Shown here piece after piece: positions 40,807 to 51,785 of a stretch of 64,000 nt of DNA. Both the position numbers and the translations under genes were made by a program. The stretch spans positions 111,500 through 175,499 of the forward strand of contig JAEWMB010000036.1 of the NCBI GenBank assembly GCA_023457255.1, written 5' to 3'. The first letter of the stretch is position 1; every line of letters starts with the position of its first letter. The notes below the pieces were generated by a model, which worked only from the letters and a program-made list of their open reading frames with translations, did not search any database and was not told the origin of the DNA. Source of the stretch: Bacillota bacterium. Lineage in GTDB: Bacteria > Bacillota > Clostridia > Lachnospirales > Lachnospiraceae.

Positions 40807-41270
40807 CGTTATCTTTAAAAATCACCACTCTGTGAAGTGAAGCATAGTTCTAAATGTTTGTTATATAATTAGGAACAAATAAAAATATATGTTGAAAAAA
40901 GACATGAAAATTTATTAATAAATAGATAAGATAATTCATATACTTGTAACGAAAAAAGACCAAGAATCTTTTTAAAAATTGTTGGTCTACTACGAGATAT
41001 AAGAGATATTATCGGAAAGTGTAATACTATCTTTTACAAATTTAATAAAATTTTACTTGAAAGCCAATTAGAAATAGGATATGATTATTTGAGTTTAGAG
41101 CCGAAGAATTGGAAAATAATGATAAAGCTCTGTGAAATAGAAAATTAAGTGAAACGATGGTGCCTCCCTATACTAATTTTGAACATGAAAAGTAGGGGAA
41201 AGGGTTTTATCAGCATTGTGTATTAAGAGAGTATTCGTTGTTTCATGACATAGATGAGGGGAGCTAGACA

Positions 41271-43337
41271 ATGCCAAAATATTTAGTAATTGTAGAATCG
41301 CCTGCAAAGGCAAAAACAATTAAAAAGTTTTTAGGAAATAATTATGAAGTCCTTGCGTCAAACGGCCATGTAAGGGATTTACCCAAAAGTCAGATGGGGA
41401 TTGATGTTGAGAATGGATTTGAACCAAAATACATTACAATTCGGGGAAAGGGAGACTTACTGGCAAAGCTTCGCAAAGAAGCGAAGAAAGCGGATAAAGT
41501 ATATCTTGCAACTGACCCTGACCGCGAAGGAGAAGCGATATCCTGGCATTTATCACAAACGTTAAAGCTGGATGATAAAAATACAAGCCGAATAACCTTC
41601 AATGAAATTACAAAGAATGCAATTAAGAATTCCATCAAAGAAGCACGAGAGATTGATATGAGTCTTGTGGATTCCCAGCAAGCAAGAAGAATGTTAGACC
41701 GAATGGTAGGTTATAAAATCAGCCCGCTTCTTTGGGCTAAGGTGAAGAGGGGCTTAAGTGCCGGCAGAGTACAGTCTGTTGCACTTCGAATCATATGTGA
41801 CCGGGAAGAAGAGATTAACGATTTTGTACCAAAGGAATATTGGAATTTAGAGGCTTCCTTTAAAGTAAAGGGTGAAAAAAAGCCATTGACGGCGAAGTTC
41901 TATGGAGATACAAAAAAGAAATTCACCGTAGAATCCAAAGAAGAGATGGATAAAATTTTATTAGATTTAAAAGGTGCTCAGTTTAAGATTACGGAAGTAA
42001 AGCGCGGAGAACGGCAAAAAAAGGCGCCATTACCGTTTACCACAAGTACCTTACAGCAAGAGGCTGCAAAATTATTAAATTTTTCAACTCAAAAAACGAT
42101 GCGTATTGCTCAGCAGCTCTATGAAGGTGTAGATGTAAAAGGGCATGGTACGATTGGTTTGATTTCCTACCTTCGTACGGATTCGGTCAGAGTATCGGAA
42201 GAAGCGGATACCGCAGCAAGGGAGTTTATAAAACTTAAGTATAAACCAGAATATGTGAATAGTCAGGATGTTAATAAAGCAACCGGGAAAAAGATTCAAG
42301 ATGCTCATGAAGCCATAAGACCTACTTATGTAGATTTAACACCGGTAATTATCAAAGAATCTTTAAGCAGAGAGCAATTTCGCTTATATCAGTTAATTTG
42401 GAAGAGGTTTATTGCAAGCCGTATGCAGCCGGCAAAGTATGAAACTGCTACAGCAAAAATTGATGGAAATGGATATCGGTTTACCGTAGCTTCTTCAAAG
42501 TTAATATTTGATGGTTTCCTGGCTGTTTATGCGAGTGAAGATGAGGAAGAAGAAAATACGGCCTCTAATATGATGTCTTTATCTGAGGATACACAATTGA
42601 CATTAGAAGAATTTAACGCAAGCCAGCACTTTACGCAGGCACCGCCGCATTATACGGAGGCTGCATTAGTAAAGACCCTGGAAGAGTTAGGAATTGGCAG
42701 GCCAAGTACTTACGCTCCAACGATAACAACTATTATTGCAAGACGCTATGTCATTAAAGAAAATAAAAATCTTTATGTAACCGAACTTGGTGAAGCTGTT
42801 AATAAAATCATGAAGCAAGCTTTCCCTACTATTGTTGATGTTAATTTCACGGTAAATCTGGAAGCTTTGCTTGACGGTGTGGAAGATGGTGTTGTTAATT
42901 GGAAGACCGTCGTAAGTAATTTCTATCCGGATTTAGAAAGTGCGGTACAAGATGCGGGAAGGCAATTGGAGCAAATAACCATTGAAGATGAAACAACGGA
43001 TGTGATTTGCTCTGAATGCGGCAGAAATATGGTAATAAAATATGGCCCTCACGGAAAATTCTTGGCGTGCCCTGGCTTTCCGGATTGCAGAAATACAAAA
43101 CCTTACTTTGAAAAGATTGGTGTTGCATGCCCCTTGTGCGGCAGTGATATTATTATAAAGAAAACTAAAAAAGGCCGTAGATTCTATGGCTGTGAGAACA
43201 ATCCGGAATGTGAATTTATGTCATGGCAAAAACCATCCGGCAAGTTATGCCCAAGCTGCAATAGCATTATGGTAGAAAAGGGACAAAAACTTGTTTGTGT
43301 GAATGAGAGCTGCGGGCATATGGAGAACAAAGAGTAA
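41271..43337 (+). CDS. topA: DNA topoisomerase I
   Basis: IVESPAK, ATDPDREGE, SAGRVQS, SYLRTDS motifs and C-terminal Zn ribbons. Confidence 0.99.
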   Translation: MPKYLVIVESPAKAKTIKKFLGNNYEVLASNGHVRDLPKSQMGIDVENGFEPKYITIRGKGDLLAKLRKEAKKADKVYLATDPDREGEAISWHLSQTLKLDDKNTSRITFNEITKNAIKNSIKEAREIDMSLVDSQQARRMLDRMVGYKISPLLWAKVKRGLSAGRVQSVALRIICDREEEINDFVPKEYWNLEASFKVKGEKKPLTAKFYGDTKKKFTVESKEEMDKILLDLKGAQFKITEVKRGERQKKAPLPFTTSTLQQEAAKLLNFSTQKTMRIAQQLYEGVDVKGHGTIGLISYLRTDSVRVSEEADTAAREFIKLKYKPEYVNSQDVNKATGKKIQDAHEAIRPTYVDLTPVIIKESLSREQFRLYQLIWKRFIASRMQPAKYETATAKIDGNGYRFTVASSKLIFDGFLAVYASEDEEEENTASNMMSLSEDTQLTLEEFNASQHFTQAPPHYTEAALVKTLEELGIGRPSTYAPTITTIIARRYVIKENKNLYVTELGEAVNKIMKQAFPTIVDVNFTVNLEALLDGVEDGVVNWKTVVSNFYPDLESAVQDAGRQLEQITIEDETTDVICSECGRNMVIKYGPHGKFLACPGFPDCRNTKPYFEKIGVACPLCGSDIIIKKTKKGRRFYGCENNPECEFMSWQKPSGKLCPSCNSIMVEKGQKLVCVNESCGHMENKE

Positions 43338-43419
43338 ATCAGATAATAATGAGATAAAATCATTAGTAATGAGAGATAACTCTCAACATTTCATGAAAAT
43401 TTCACTTGCCTAATGGTTT

Positions 43420-43462
43420 AAAATGAGATTGTACGAGAATTAGATACAATCTCATTTTTTTT
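43420..43462 (+). terminator. Terminator after topA
   Basis: AAAATGAGATTGTA/TACAATCTCATTTT stem plus T run. Confidence 0.85.
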
Positions 43463-43646
43463 CGAAAAGTCTCAACTTTTAAAAAAAACAGAAGCAAAGT
43501 TGTGAAATGTGTGTCAAAATAAGAAATTTGCTATTGTTTTTTAAAAAAGAATGTGATAGAATGTAACATAGACTAAAAGGTATATTATACCACATGTGTA
43601 ATGTATGTTATGAATTAGGCCAAAATAAGGTCACGGGGGTTCTTAC

Positions 43647-44414
43647 ATGAGCGTACAGTTGTTGGATAAAACCAGAAAAATTAATAAGTTATTACACAAT
43701 AATAACTCGCACAAGGTAGTATTTAATGATATTTGTTCCGTACTCAGTGATATTCTTGAGTCCAATATTCTTGTTATCAGCAAGAAGGGAAAAGTTTTAG
43801 GAATTAAAAATAGAGCAGATATCGCTCCAATCAATGAATTGATTAAAGATGCTGTAGGTGGTTATATCGATGGAATGCTGAATGAGCGTCTGCTGAACAT
43901 TTTATCAACAAAGGAAAATGTGAATTTAGCAACCTTAGGTTTTGAATTTGACGGTGTGAATGATTATCAGGCAATCATTACACCAATCGACATTGCCGGT
44001 GAGAGACTTGGAACCTTATTCTTATATAAGAATAAAGACCAATATTCGATTGACGACATCATTTTAAGTGAGTATGGTACTACCGTAGTAGGACTGGAGA
44101 TGATGCGCTCCGTGAATGAAGAGAATGCAGAAGAAAACAGAAAGGTACATATCGTACGTTCTGCCATCAGTACTCTTTCTTTCTCTGAATTAGAAGCAAT
44201 CACTCACATATTTGAGGAACTGGAAGGTAACGAAGGAATTTTAGTTGCCAGCAAGATAGCAGACCGTGTAGGTATTACCAGATCTGTTATTGTAAATGCA
44301 CTTAGAAAATTTGAGAGTGCAGGTGTTATAGAATCCAGATCATCCGGTATGAAGGGAACTTACATTAAAGTTCTGAATGATGTAGTTTTTGATGAATTGA
44401 AAAAGATGCAATAA
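43647..44414 (+). CDS. codY: GTP/BCAA-sensing regulator CodY
   Basis: LLDKTRKINKLL and ASKIADRVGITRSVIVNALRKFESAG motifs. Confidence 0.99.
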   Translation: MSVQLLDKTRKINKLLHNNNSHKVVFNDICSVLSDILESNILVISKKGKVLGIKNRADIAPINELIKDAVGGYIDGMLNERLLNILSTKENVNLATLGFEFDGVNDYQAIITPIDIAGERLGTLFLYKNKDQYSIDDIILSEYGTTVVGLEMMRSVNEENAEENRKVHIVRSAISTLSFSELEAITHIFEELEGNEGILVASKIADRVGITRSVIVNALRKFESAGVIESRSSGMKGTYIKVLNDVVFDELKKMQ

Positions 44415-44419
44415 ATCAT

Positions 44420-44457
44420 AACAGGCTTGTAAGGCAATCTTATGAGTCTGTTTTTTT
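44420..44457 (+). terminator. Terminator after codY
   Basis: AACAGGCTTGTAAG/CTTATGAGTCTGTT stem plus T run. Confidence 0.8.
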
Positions 44458-44992
44458 GTGTGATTTATACATACTTTTTATATAGGTATTATAAGTATTA
44501 TAATAAGAAGTAACTCCATTCGATTTTTTAACAAGGCTTATTCTGTTTAAATTTGCAGCTTTGACTTATAAAAATACTTTTTAGGTAAATTGTATGGAAT
44601 CGTATGTTCAATTTTATAGGAAAAAAGTAATTGTTGATATTTTAGCAGATTTATGAAACAGCGGTACCCACTGGGTTTACCTCGTAATAATATTGTAAGG
44701 AAATTTTAATAGTACATATTACTTATTTTTAAAAGTTGTCAGAAATAATATAATTTGTTTATACGACAAAAAGATTCATTATAATACAAATTATAGCGTT
44801 ATTCTTCATTTTTTTTAAATATATCTTGTGTTTTTTTGACCGCTTCTTTATAATAGTAACCAAGATTATTGAATAAAATGTCAGACAATCATAACAATGG
44901 AAGTTTAGTATGTGAAAGTTTATGGAAAGTGTTAAGAAAATGTAAAAAAATTACTAGGCAAGAACTGCCTAGCCGGAAAGAGGGAAAAAGAG

Positions 44993-45379
44993 ATGATTAG
45001 TTCGAACGCATTCAATTATATTAATGTCTTGGACAAAGCTGCGGATGCCAGTGTAATACGCCAGGAACTTTTAGCCAATAACCTCGCTAACAATGATACG
45101 CCGAACTACAAACGTAAGGATTTAAATTTTGAATCATTTTTAAAAAGAGAATTAAAAGGGAATGATGATTTGGACAAGCGAGTCGCAAACGCCAATCTAT
45201 CAAGACTTAACGGTTCAATATACACCGATAGAGAAGAATTAAGTTATCGTTACGATGGGAATAACGTGGATATTGATGTAGAAGAAGGATATCTGGCAGA
45301 AAATCAAATTCGATACTATACATTATTACAAACTATGACACAAGAGTTTCAGCGCCTTAGAACGGTATTAACAAGATAA
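44993..45379 (+). CDS. flgB: Flagellar basal body rod protein FlgB
   Basis: ANNLANNDTPNYK and DGNNVDID motifs. Confidence 0.96.
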   Translation: MISSNAFNYINVLDKAADASVIRQELLANNLANNDTPNYKRKDLNFESFLKRELKGNDDLDKRVANANLSRLNGSIYTDREELSYRYDGNNVDIDVEEGYLAENQIRYYTLLQTMTQEFQRLRTVLTR

Positions 45380-45395
45380 TTAGGGGGGTAATGTT

Positions 45396-45848
45396 ATGTC
45401 TTTTTTTAATGGCATGAATATAAGTGCAAGCGGAATGTCGGCTCAAAGGCTTAGAATGGATATTATCTCTCAGAATATTGCGAACGTAGAAACTACCAGA
45501 GATGAGAATGGCAATCCATATCGTAGAAAAACTGTTGTATTTGCGGAAAGAGAGGCGGACCGCTTTGGTGCGGTGCTGGCACAAACGGCAGCAGGCAAAG
45601 CTTCCGATAAGCAAGGAAATGGTGTAAAGGTTACCGCGATTGTGGAAGATCATGTAACGGCGATGAAACGAGTATACAATCCATCCCACCCGGATGCAGA
45701 TCAAGACGGATATGTAACAATGCCAAATGTAAATACGGTGACTGAAATGACAAACTTAATCAGTGCAACACGTTCTTATGAAGCGAATGTTACAGCTTTT
45801 AATGCTACAAAAAATATGCTTTTAAAAGGTCTTGAGGTAGGCAAGTAA
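45396..45848 (+). CDS. flgC: Flagellar basal body rod protein FlgC
   Basis: NIANVETTR and YNPSHPDAD..GYV.MPNVN motifs. Confidence 0.97.
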   Translation: MSFFNGMNISASGMSAQRLRMDIISQNIANVETTRDENGNPYRRKTVVFAEREADRFGAVLAQTAAGKASDKQGNGVKVTAIVEDHVTAMKRVYNPSHPDADQDGYVTMPNVNTVTEMTNLISATRSYEANVTAFNATKNMLLKGLEVGK

Positions 45849-45868
45849 ATTAGGGAAAGGGGATTTCA

Positions 45869-46189
45869 ATGGATATCACTGGTATTTCATCTATTCAAGG
45901 ACTAGGTTCTCTTAAGAATGGAGTTATCAATGTTTCTGAGAGCACAACGAAAAATCGTAATCAGGCATTTGAGACTATGTTTCAGTCTGCGCTTGATATG
46001 ATAAAAGAAACGCAAGCGTATACAGATCAGGCAGAACAGGCAGCAATGGATTATGCGATGGGTTTAACAAACAGTACTCATGACTTGCAGATTGCACAGT
46101 CGAAAGCAAGTATTTCCTTGCAATATACCGTAGCGGTACGCAATGCGGTTTTGGATGCATACAAGGAGATTATGCAACTACAATTTTAG
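45869..46189 (+). CDS. fliE: Flagellar hook-basal body protein FliE
   Basis: C-terminal VRNAVLDAYKEIMQLQF; synteny. Confidence 0.93.
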   Translation: MDITGISSIQGLGSLKNGVINVSESTTKNRNQAFETMFQSALDMIKETQAYTDQAEQAAMDYAMGLTNSTHDLQIAQSKASISLQYTVAVRNAVLDAYKEIMQLQF

Positions 46190-46206
46190 CATACGAGGGT
46201 TAAATA

Positions 46207-47802
46207 ATGCAGGAACGAATAAAACAGATACCTGTTCGCTTATTAGAAATATGGAAGAAATACAGTAAAAAGCAAAAAGTAATTATCATTAGCGCAGTAA
46301 GTTCTGTTATCTGTGCTTTGTTGCTTCTTATCTTTCTACTTGGCAGAACGGAATATGTAGAGCTCATAAAACTAGAGGATACCAAAACAGCGAAACAGGC
46401 AATTGATATTCTGAAAGAGAACGGTATCGCTTACCAGTTGAAAGATGATGGCGTCACAGTTTTAGTAGATGAAACAAAAAAGACAGAAGCAAAATTATTA
46501 ATAGCAGATAGTGAGATTGCTTCGAAAGCAAAGTTAAGCCTAGAACAGTTGTTAGACAATGATATGTCTACCACAAATTATGATAAGCAAACAAAGCTCC
46601 ATCTATATTACCAAGGTGATTTAGAAGAGTTATTAAAGAACCAGGAAGGGATTGAGGATGCAAGAATCAGCTATTTACCTTCCGATAATAGAACAAGCAT
46701 CCTGGAGACGGAAAAAGAAATTAGCTGCAGCATTTTTCTTACCATCAATGACAAATTTAAGAAGACGTCTGCAGAGGCTATAGCGATTACAGTTGCAAAT
46801 AGTTTAGGGAATGAAACTACGAATAAGGTTAAAGTAATCGATCAGTACGGCAATTTATTATACAATGGGCCGGAAGATGAAGAGGGCGACTACACAAATA
46901 AAAGTTTGGAGTTTCGTCGAGTGGTATTGGATGATTACACCGAACGAGTAGTGCGTTTTGGGTTGATGAATGGATTCGACTATGTAGAACCAAGTTTTGC
47001 GCTTGATATAAATTTTGATAAGATTACGGAAGAAATTCGTGAGTATTTCGCCGCAGAGGGTTTGGAGCAAGGGTTATATCAAACATACCAAAAGATTTCA
47101 TCGGAAAATCAAGGAGCTAGCGGAGATATTCCAGGCACTGACTCGAATACGGACACCGATTACTACATACAAACAGAAGAATCCGGTAAAAGCAGCTATG
47201 ATGAATTAAATATCACCTATCTTCCTAGTGAGAAGCTTACTAAGACGCTAAAAGGTTGGGGGATTGTAAATAACGATACCTCCAGAGTAGCCATAGCGTT
47301 AAAACGTGTAAAGGATATCAAAGAGGAAGAATTAGAACTCCTGGGGCTGTTAGAAGACACAACATTTGAGGAATATGTACTTAGTAATAGTGAACCGAAA
47401 CAATTGGAGGTAAGCGAAGAGTATTACACATTATTTGCCAATGCAACAGGACTGAATGAGAATAATATTTCTCTTATTATGTGGGAGGTTCCAAACTTTA
47501 TTCCAACGCCGCAGTCTGATGTAAACTGGCAGCTAATACTTGAAATTATTCTTGCCGCATTAATTTTAGGACTATTAATTTTTGTAGTATTCCGTGGCAT
47601 GGCACCGGTAGAGGTGACTGAAATTGAGCCGGAATTATCAGTAGAACAGTTATTGGCTACTACAAAAGAAAATCAATCCTTAGACGATATTGAATTTAGC
47701 GAAAAATCAGAGACCAGACGGATGATTGAAAAATTTGTGGATGAAAATCCAGAGGCTGTTGCTAGTTTGCTGCGTAATTGGTTAACAGACGGTTGGGGTT
47801 GA
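46207..47802 (+). CDS. fliF: Flagellar M-ring protein FliF
   Basis: Two TM segments, GDIPGTDSN, C-terminal NPEAVASLLRNWL. Confidence 0.93.
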   Translation: MQERIKQIPVRLLEIWKKYSKKQKVIIISAVSSVICALLLLIFLLGRTEYVELIKLEDTKTAKQAIDILKENGIAYQLKDDGVTVLVDETKKTEAKLLIADSEIASKAKLSLEQLLDNDMSTTNYDKQTKLHLYYQGDLEELLKNQEGIEDARISYLPSDNRTSILETEKEISCSIFLTINDKFKKTSAEAIAITVANSLGNETTNKVKVIDQYGNLLYNGPEDEEGDYTNKSLEFRRVVLDDYTERVVRFGLMNGFDYVEPSFALDINFDKITEEIREYFAAEGLEQGLYQTYQKISSENQGASGDIPGTDSNTDTDYYIQTEESGKSSYDELNITYLPSEKLTKTLKGWGIVNNDTSRVAIALKRVKDIKEEELELLGLLEDTTFEEYVLSNSEPKQLEVSEEYYTLFANATGLNENNISLIMWEVPNFIPTPQSDVNWQLILEIILAALILGLLIFVVFRGMAPVEVTEIEPELSVEQLLATTKENQSLDDIEFSEKSETRRMIEKFVDENPEAVASLLRNWLTDGWG

Positions 47803-47817
47803 TTAAGGAGGTAAGAT

Positions 47818-48837
47818 ATGGCTTTAAAGCAAATATCAGCAGAACTGACAGGTGTTCAAAAATCTGCAATCCTTCTGATTGCGTTGGGACCGGAACGTTC
47901 AGCAAATATATTCAAACATTTAAAGGAAGAAGAAATAGAACAACTTACCTTGGAGATAGCAAATACAAGAAGTATTGCTTCTTCTACAAAGGAAGCAATT
48001 CTTGACGAATTCTATCAGGTATGCCTAGCTCAGCAGTATATTGCAGAGGGTGGTATTACTTATGCAAAAGACTTACTTGAAAAAGCACTTGGACCGGAAA
48101 AAGCAAAAGAAGTACTTGGAAAACTTACTGCTTCGTTGCAAGTTCGTCCATTCGAATTTGTCAGAAAAACAGATGCAAATCAGTTATTGAACTTTATTCA
48201 AGACGAACATCCGCAAACAATAGCGCTTATTTTATCTTATCTTTCTGCGGGACAGGCTGCTACGATTATTTCCTCCTTAACGCCTGATAAGCAGGCCGAT
48301 GTTGCAAAGCGTATTGCTCAGATGGATCGTACTTCGCCTGATGTAATTAAAGAAGTGGAACGAGTATTAGAAAGAAAGCTGTCCTCCTTAGTAAATCAGG
48401 ATTACACAATTGCAGGTGGTGTTGATGCCATTGTTGACATCTTAAATACAGTTGACCGTGGTACTGAACGGCACATTCTGGAAAATCTGGAGCTCGAGGA
48501 ACCGGAACTTGCAGACGAAATCCGAAAGAAAATGTTTGTCTTCGAAGATATTATTACGCTGGATGATAAGTCCATACAGCGTGTACTTCGTGAAGTGGAT
48601 AACAACGAGCTTGCAGTCGCTCTTAAGAGTACAACAGAAGAAGTTCAGAGCATTATCTTCAATAACTTAAGTAAGCGTCTGGCTGCTATGATTAAGGAAG
48701 ATATGGAATTCATGGGACCTATACGTCTTAAGGATGTTGAAGAAGCTCAACAGAAGATTGTTAATATAATCAGAAAGCTGGAAGACTCTGCTGAAATCAT
48801 CATTTCCAGAGGTGGAGGTGACGAGATCGTTGTCTAA
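47818..48837 (+). CDS. fliG: Flagellar motor switch protein FliG
   Basis: EHPQTIAL, MFVFED and MGPIRLKDVEEAQ motifs. Confidence 0.98.
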   Translation: MALKQISAELTGVQKSAILLIALGPERSANIFKHLKEEEIEQLTLEIANTRSIASSTKEAILDEFYQVCLAQQYIAEGGITYAKDLLEKALGPEKAKEVLGKLTASLQVRPFEFVRKTDANQLLNFIQDEHPQTIALILSYLSAGQAATIISSLTPDKQADVAKRIAQMDRTSPDVIKEVERVLERKLSSLVNQDYTIAGGVDAIVDILNTVDRGTERHILENLELEEPELADEIRKKMFVFEDIITLDDKSIQRVLREVDNNELAVALKSTTEEVQSIIFNNLSKRLAAMIKEDMEFMGPIRLKDVEEAQQKIVNIIRKLEDSAEIIISRGGGDEIVV

Positions 48838-49708
48838 TGTGATAAAGGCGTATTCGATTCGGTATGAAGAAGAAAAAAAGGTAATCGATTGCAATACCTT
48901 ATCGGAAGAATACATTCGGAAGTTTCTAGATAGCAGAAGGAAGAAAGCTGAAATCACAGAGGAGCTTGCTTGTAGTGAGGAAGGCAATTGCTCTGGCGAT
49001 GGCGGATTTCATGAAGGAATATCCGCCATAAAAATCGAAACTTTTTCAAAAGAGGATAGGCCAAGTGATGAAGATTTGATTCGGCAATCTGAGGAACAGA
49101 TGGTTGCTAACAATCAAAAATTGATGGAACAATCGCAGCAAATTATTGAGCAAGCAAAATCCGAAGTTGTTCGTATGATGAACCAGGCAAAGCTTGATGC
49201 AGATAAGATAAAAATAGAGATCATGCAAAAGGCGAGGCAAGAGGGATATGAAAAGGGCAGGCAGGAAGCTTTGCTTGAACAGCAAAATAAGATTGCAGAA
49301 TTAAATGCGGAAAGAAATCGATTGAAAGAAGAGTATAAACAAAAAGTACAAGATTTAGAGCCCTCTTTTGTAGAGTTGTTTCTTGCTTTTATGAAACACT
49401 TTACCGGAGTTTTCTTGGAAGATAAAAAAGAAATTATATTCCACTTGATAGAGAGGGAGTTTCTAACAATAGAAAATAGCAGTTCTTACCTTATTCGGGT
49501 TTCTAATGATGAATTTGAAACAGTTTATTCCAAGAAGGAAGAGGTTTTAAGTAAACTAAAAGTTGGTACAGAACTTGAAATTGTGGAGGACCGGCTTCTT
49601 GCCAAGGGTCAGTGTCTTATCGAGACAGATAGCCGTGTTATTGACTGTAGTCTGGATGTTCAATTAAAGAACTTAATGACGGATATGAAATTGCTGGCAG
49701 GTAAGTAG
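48830..49708 (+). CDS. fliH: Flagellar assembly protein FliH
   Basis: ARQEGYEKG repeat and GQCLIET..VIDCSL; TTG start overlapping fliG. Confidence 0.9.
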   Translation: MSNVIKAYSIRYEEEKKVIDCNTLSEEYIRKFLDSRRKKAEITEELACSEEGNCSGDGGFHEGISAIKIETFSKEDRPSDEDLIRQSEEQMVANNQKLMEQSQQIIEQAKSEVVRMMNQAKLDADKIKIEIMQKARQEGYEKGRQEALLEQQNKIAELNAERNRLKEEYKQKVQDLEPSFVELFLAFMKHFTGVFLEDKKEIIFHLIEREFLTIENSSSYLIRVSNDEFETVYSKKEEVLSKLKVGTELEIVEDRLLAKGQCLIETDSRVIDCSLDVQLKNLMTDMKLLAGK

Positions 49709-49867
49709 GAGCATGGAAAGGTCAGATACATTCTTTGTATCTGGATGTGAAAGTTAACAGGATATAACTTGGCAGAAGATGCGAAGCAAATTCTCATAAA
49801 AGGTGTGTTTTACACCATTAAACAAAGTGCTGTTATGTAAAACAATGTACGGGAATAGAGGTTATAA

Positions 49868-51172
49868 ATGATAGATTTTGTCAAGTACGAAGAACTTCTA
49901 ATGAAATCCTATGCAAACCGTTTGGGTAAGGTAACAAAAGTAGTTGGTTTGACGGTGGAATCTATCGGCCCTGATGCTAACGTAAATGACGTCTGTGAAA
50001 TTATTTCGCAAGACAGTAATATAGCAGTGAAAGCAGAAGTAATAGGTTTTCGCGACGACAGGCTTCTGCTTATGCCATACGATGATGTCACAGGAATTGG
50101 GGTAGGAAGTATGGTATTAAACCGAAAAGAACCACTCTTGGTTAAAGTCGGTGATGAATTGCTGGGTCAGGCGTTAGATGGTTTAGGCAATCCAATGGAT
50201 AGGAGTACACTTACCTTAAGTGAGAGTTATCCGGTTGATGCAAAAGCTCCTGATCCAATGGAGAGAGAATTAATCGGAGAGGTATTATCTCTCGGGGTAA
50301 GGGCTGTTGACGGTTTGTTAACGATAGGAAAAGGACAGCGTATCGGCATCTTTGCCGGTAGTGGTGTTGGAAAGAGTACCTTACTTGGTATGTTTGCAAG
50401 AAATACGAAGGCGGATATTAACGTTATTGCACTTATTGGAGAGCGTGGCAGGGAAGTAAAAGAATTTATTGAAAGAGATTTAGGCCCGGAAGGTGTAAGG
50501 CGTTCCGTGTTAGTAATTGCAACTTCAGACAAACCGGCTCTCATTCGAAAGAAGGCAGCAAAAACAGCCACAGCAATTGCGGAATATTTTCGAGACAAAG
50601 GGAAAGATGTTTTGTTGATGATGGACTCATTAACAAGATTTTCGATGGCACAAAGAGAAATTGGATTAGCCAGCGGGGAGCCTCCTGTATCAAGAGGTTA
50701 TCCGCCAAGTGTTTATTCAGAGATGCCAAAGCTATTAGAACGAGCTGGTAATAGTGAGAAAGGATCTATCACCGGACTTTATACAGTTTTAGTAGATGGA
50801 GATGATTTTAATGAGCCAATTACCGATACTGCAAGAGGTATCCTAGATGGGCATATTATGCTGTCAAGAAAACTAGCTCAAAAAAATCATTATCCCGCAA
50901 TTGATGTTTTGGCAAGTATCTCTCGTGTTATGAGTGCAATTGCAGCCTCCGAACATAAAAAACTTGCAGGTAAATTAAAGATGGTATTAGCGACTTACCA
51001 GGATGCGGAAGATTTGATTAATATCGGAGCCTATAAGCCTGGTACGAATAAAAACATCGACTATGCGATGAGAAAGATTGAACAGGTAAATGATTTTCTG
51101 TGTCAGCAGGTAGAAGAGAAAGCGGACTTTGAGGATACTATTTATAAATTAGAAAGTATATTTGAAGATTAA
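49868..51172 (+). CDS. fliI: Flagellar export ATPase FliI
   Basis: AGSGVGKS, GERGREV, MDSLTR and GYPPSV motifs. Confidence 0.98.
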   Translation: MIDFVKYEELLMKSYANRLGKVTKVVGLTVESIGPDANVNDVCEIISQDSNIAVKAEVIGFRDDRLLLMPYDDVTGIGVGSMVLNRKEPLLVKVGDELLGQALDGLGNPMDRSTLTLSESYPVDAKAPDPMERELIGEVLSLGVRAVDGLLTIGKGQRIGIFAGSGVGKSTLLGMFARNTKADINVIALIGERGREVKEFIERDLGPEGVRRSVLVIATSDKPALIRKKAAKTATAIAEYFRDKGKDVLLMMDSLTRFSMAQREIGLASGEPPVSRGYPPSVYSEMPKLLERAGNSEKGSITGLYTVLVDGDDFNEPITDTARGILDGHIMLSRKLAQKNHYPAIDVLASISRVMSAIAASEHKKLAGKLKMVLATYQDAEDLINIGAYKPGTNKNIDYAMRKIEQVNDFLCQQVEEKADFEDTIYKLESIFED

Positions 51173-51329
51173 TTTGGTAGAACTAAGTTCTATTAGTGAG
51201 CTGTTTCGGTATAAAATCTGCAATACATAAAAATCCGGACATGGAATTTAAGTAAATAATATTATTTCAAGGTAAGCATGTGTCTGCGTTATAGCTGTAA
51301 AGCCTGAATATGCAGGAAAGAGGACCAAT

Positions 51330-51785
51330 ATGAAGAAGTTCATCTATCCAATGCAAAATATTTTAAACATAAAAAATAAGCTGGAAGAACAAGAAAAGAA
51401 TAATTACGGCATTGCAAAAGCTAAATTAATGGAGGAAGAGCAAAAGCTAACGGAATTAGTGGAGAGAAAGGATTCCTATGAATTTCAATTAAAGGAAGCG
51501 ATGTCTTCCACTTTACATCTAGCTAAGATCCGAAGATTAGAAGATGCTGTAGAATCAATGAAACAATTTATTAAGCAGCAGAGAAAAGCTGTAGTAAAGG
51601 CGGAGCAAGTTGTAGAACTTGCGATGCAAAGGCTTAGCAATGCAATGATTGAAAGAAAAACCCATGATAAACTTAGAGAAAATGCTTTTGATGGTTATCT
51701 TAAGGAATATGCCGGGGAAGAAATGAAGGAAATTGATGAGCTGGTCAGTTTCCAATACGGCAAGAAAGCAAAGGAGAACGTATAA
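51330..51785 (+). CDS. fliJ: Flagellar export protein FliJ
   Basis: Coiled coil, C-terminal EMKEIDE; synteny. Confidence 0.92.
   Translation: MKKFIYPMQNILNIKNKLEEQEKNNYGIAKAKLMEEEQKLTELVERKDSYEFQLKEAMSSTLHLAKIRRLEDAVESMKQFIKQQRKAVVKAEQVVELAMQRLSNAMIERKTHDKLRENAFDGYLKEYAGEEMKEIDELVSFQYGKKAKENV

Noticed and set aside
43337..43647. Absence of trmFO-xerC-hslVU between topA and codY
   Set aside because: Direct topA-codY adjacency is ordinary in clostridia
44460..44992. c-di-GMP riboswitch or invertible flagellar switch upstream of flgB, as in C. difficile
   Set aside because: No GGCAAA/GAAA-tetraloop/GCAAA pattern and no long flanking inverted repeats found by eye; only a small CTAGGCA/TGCCTAG hairpin near the RBS
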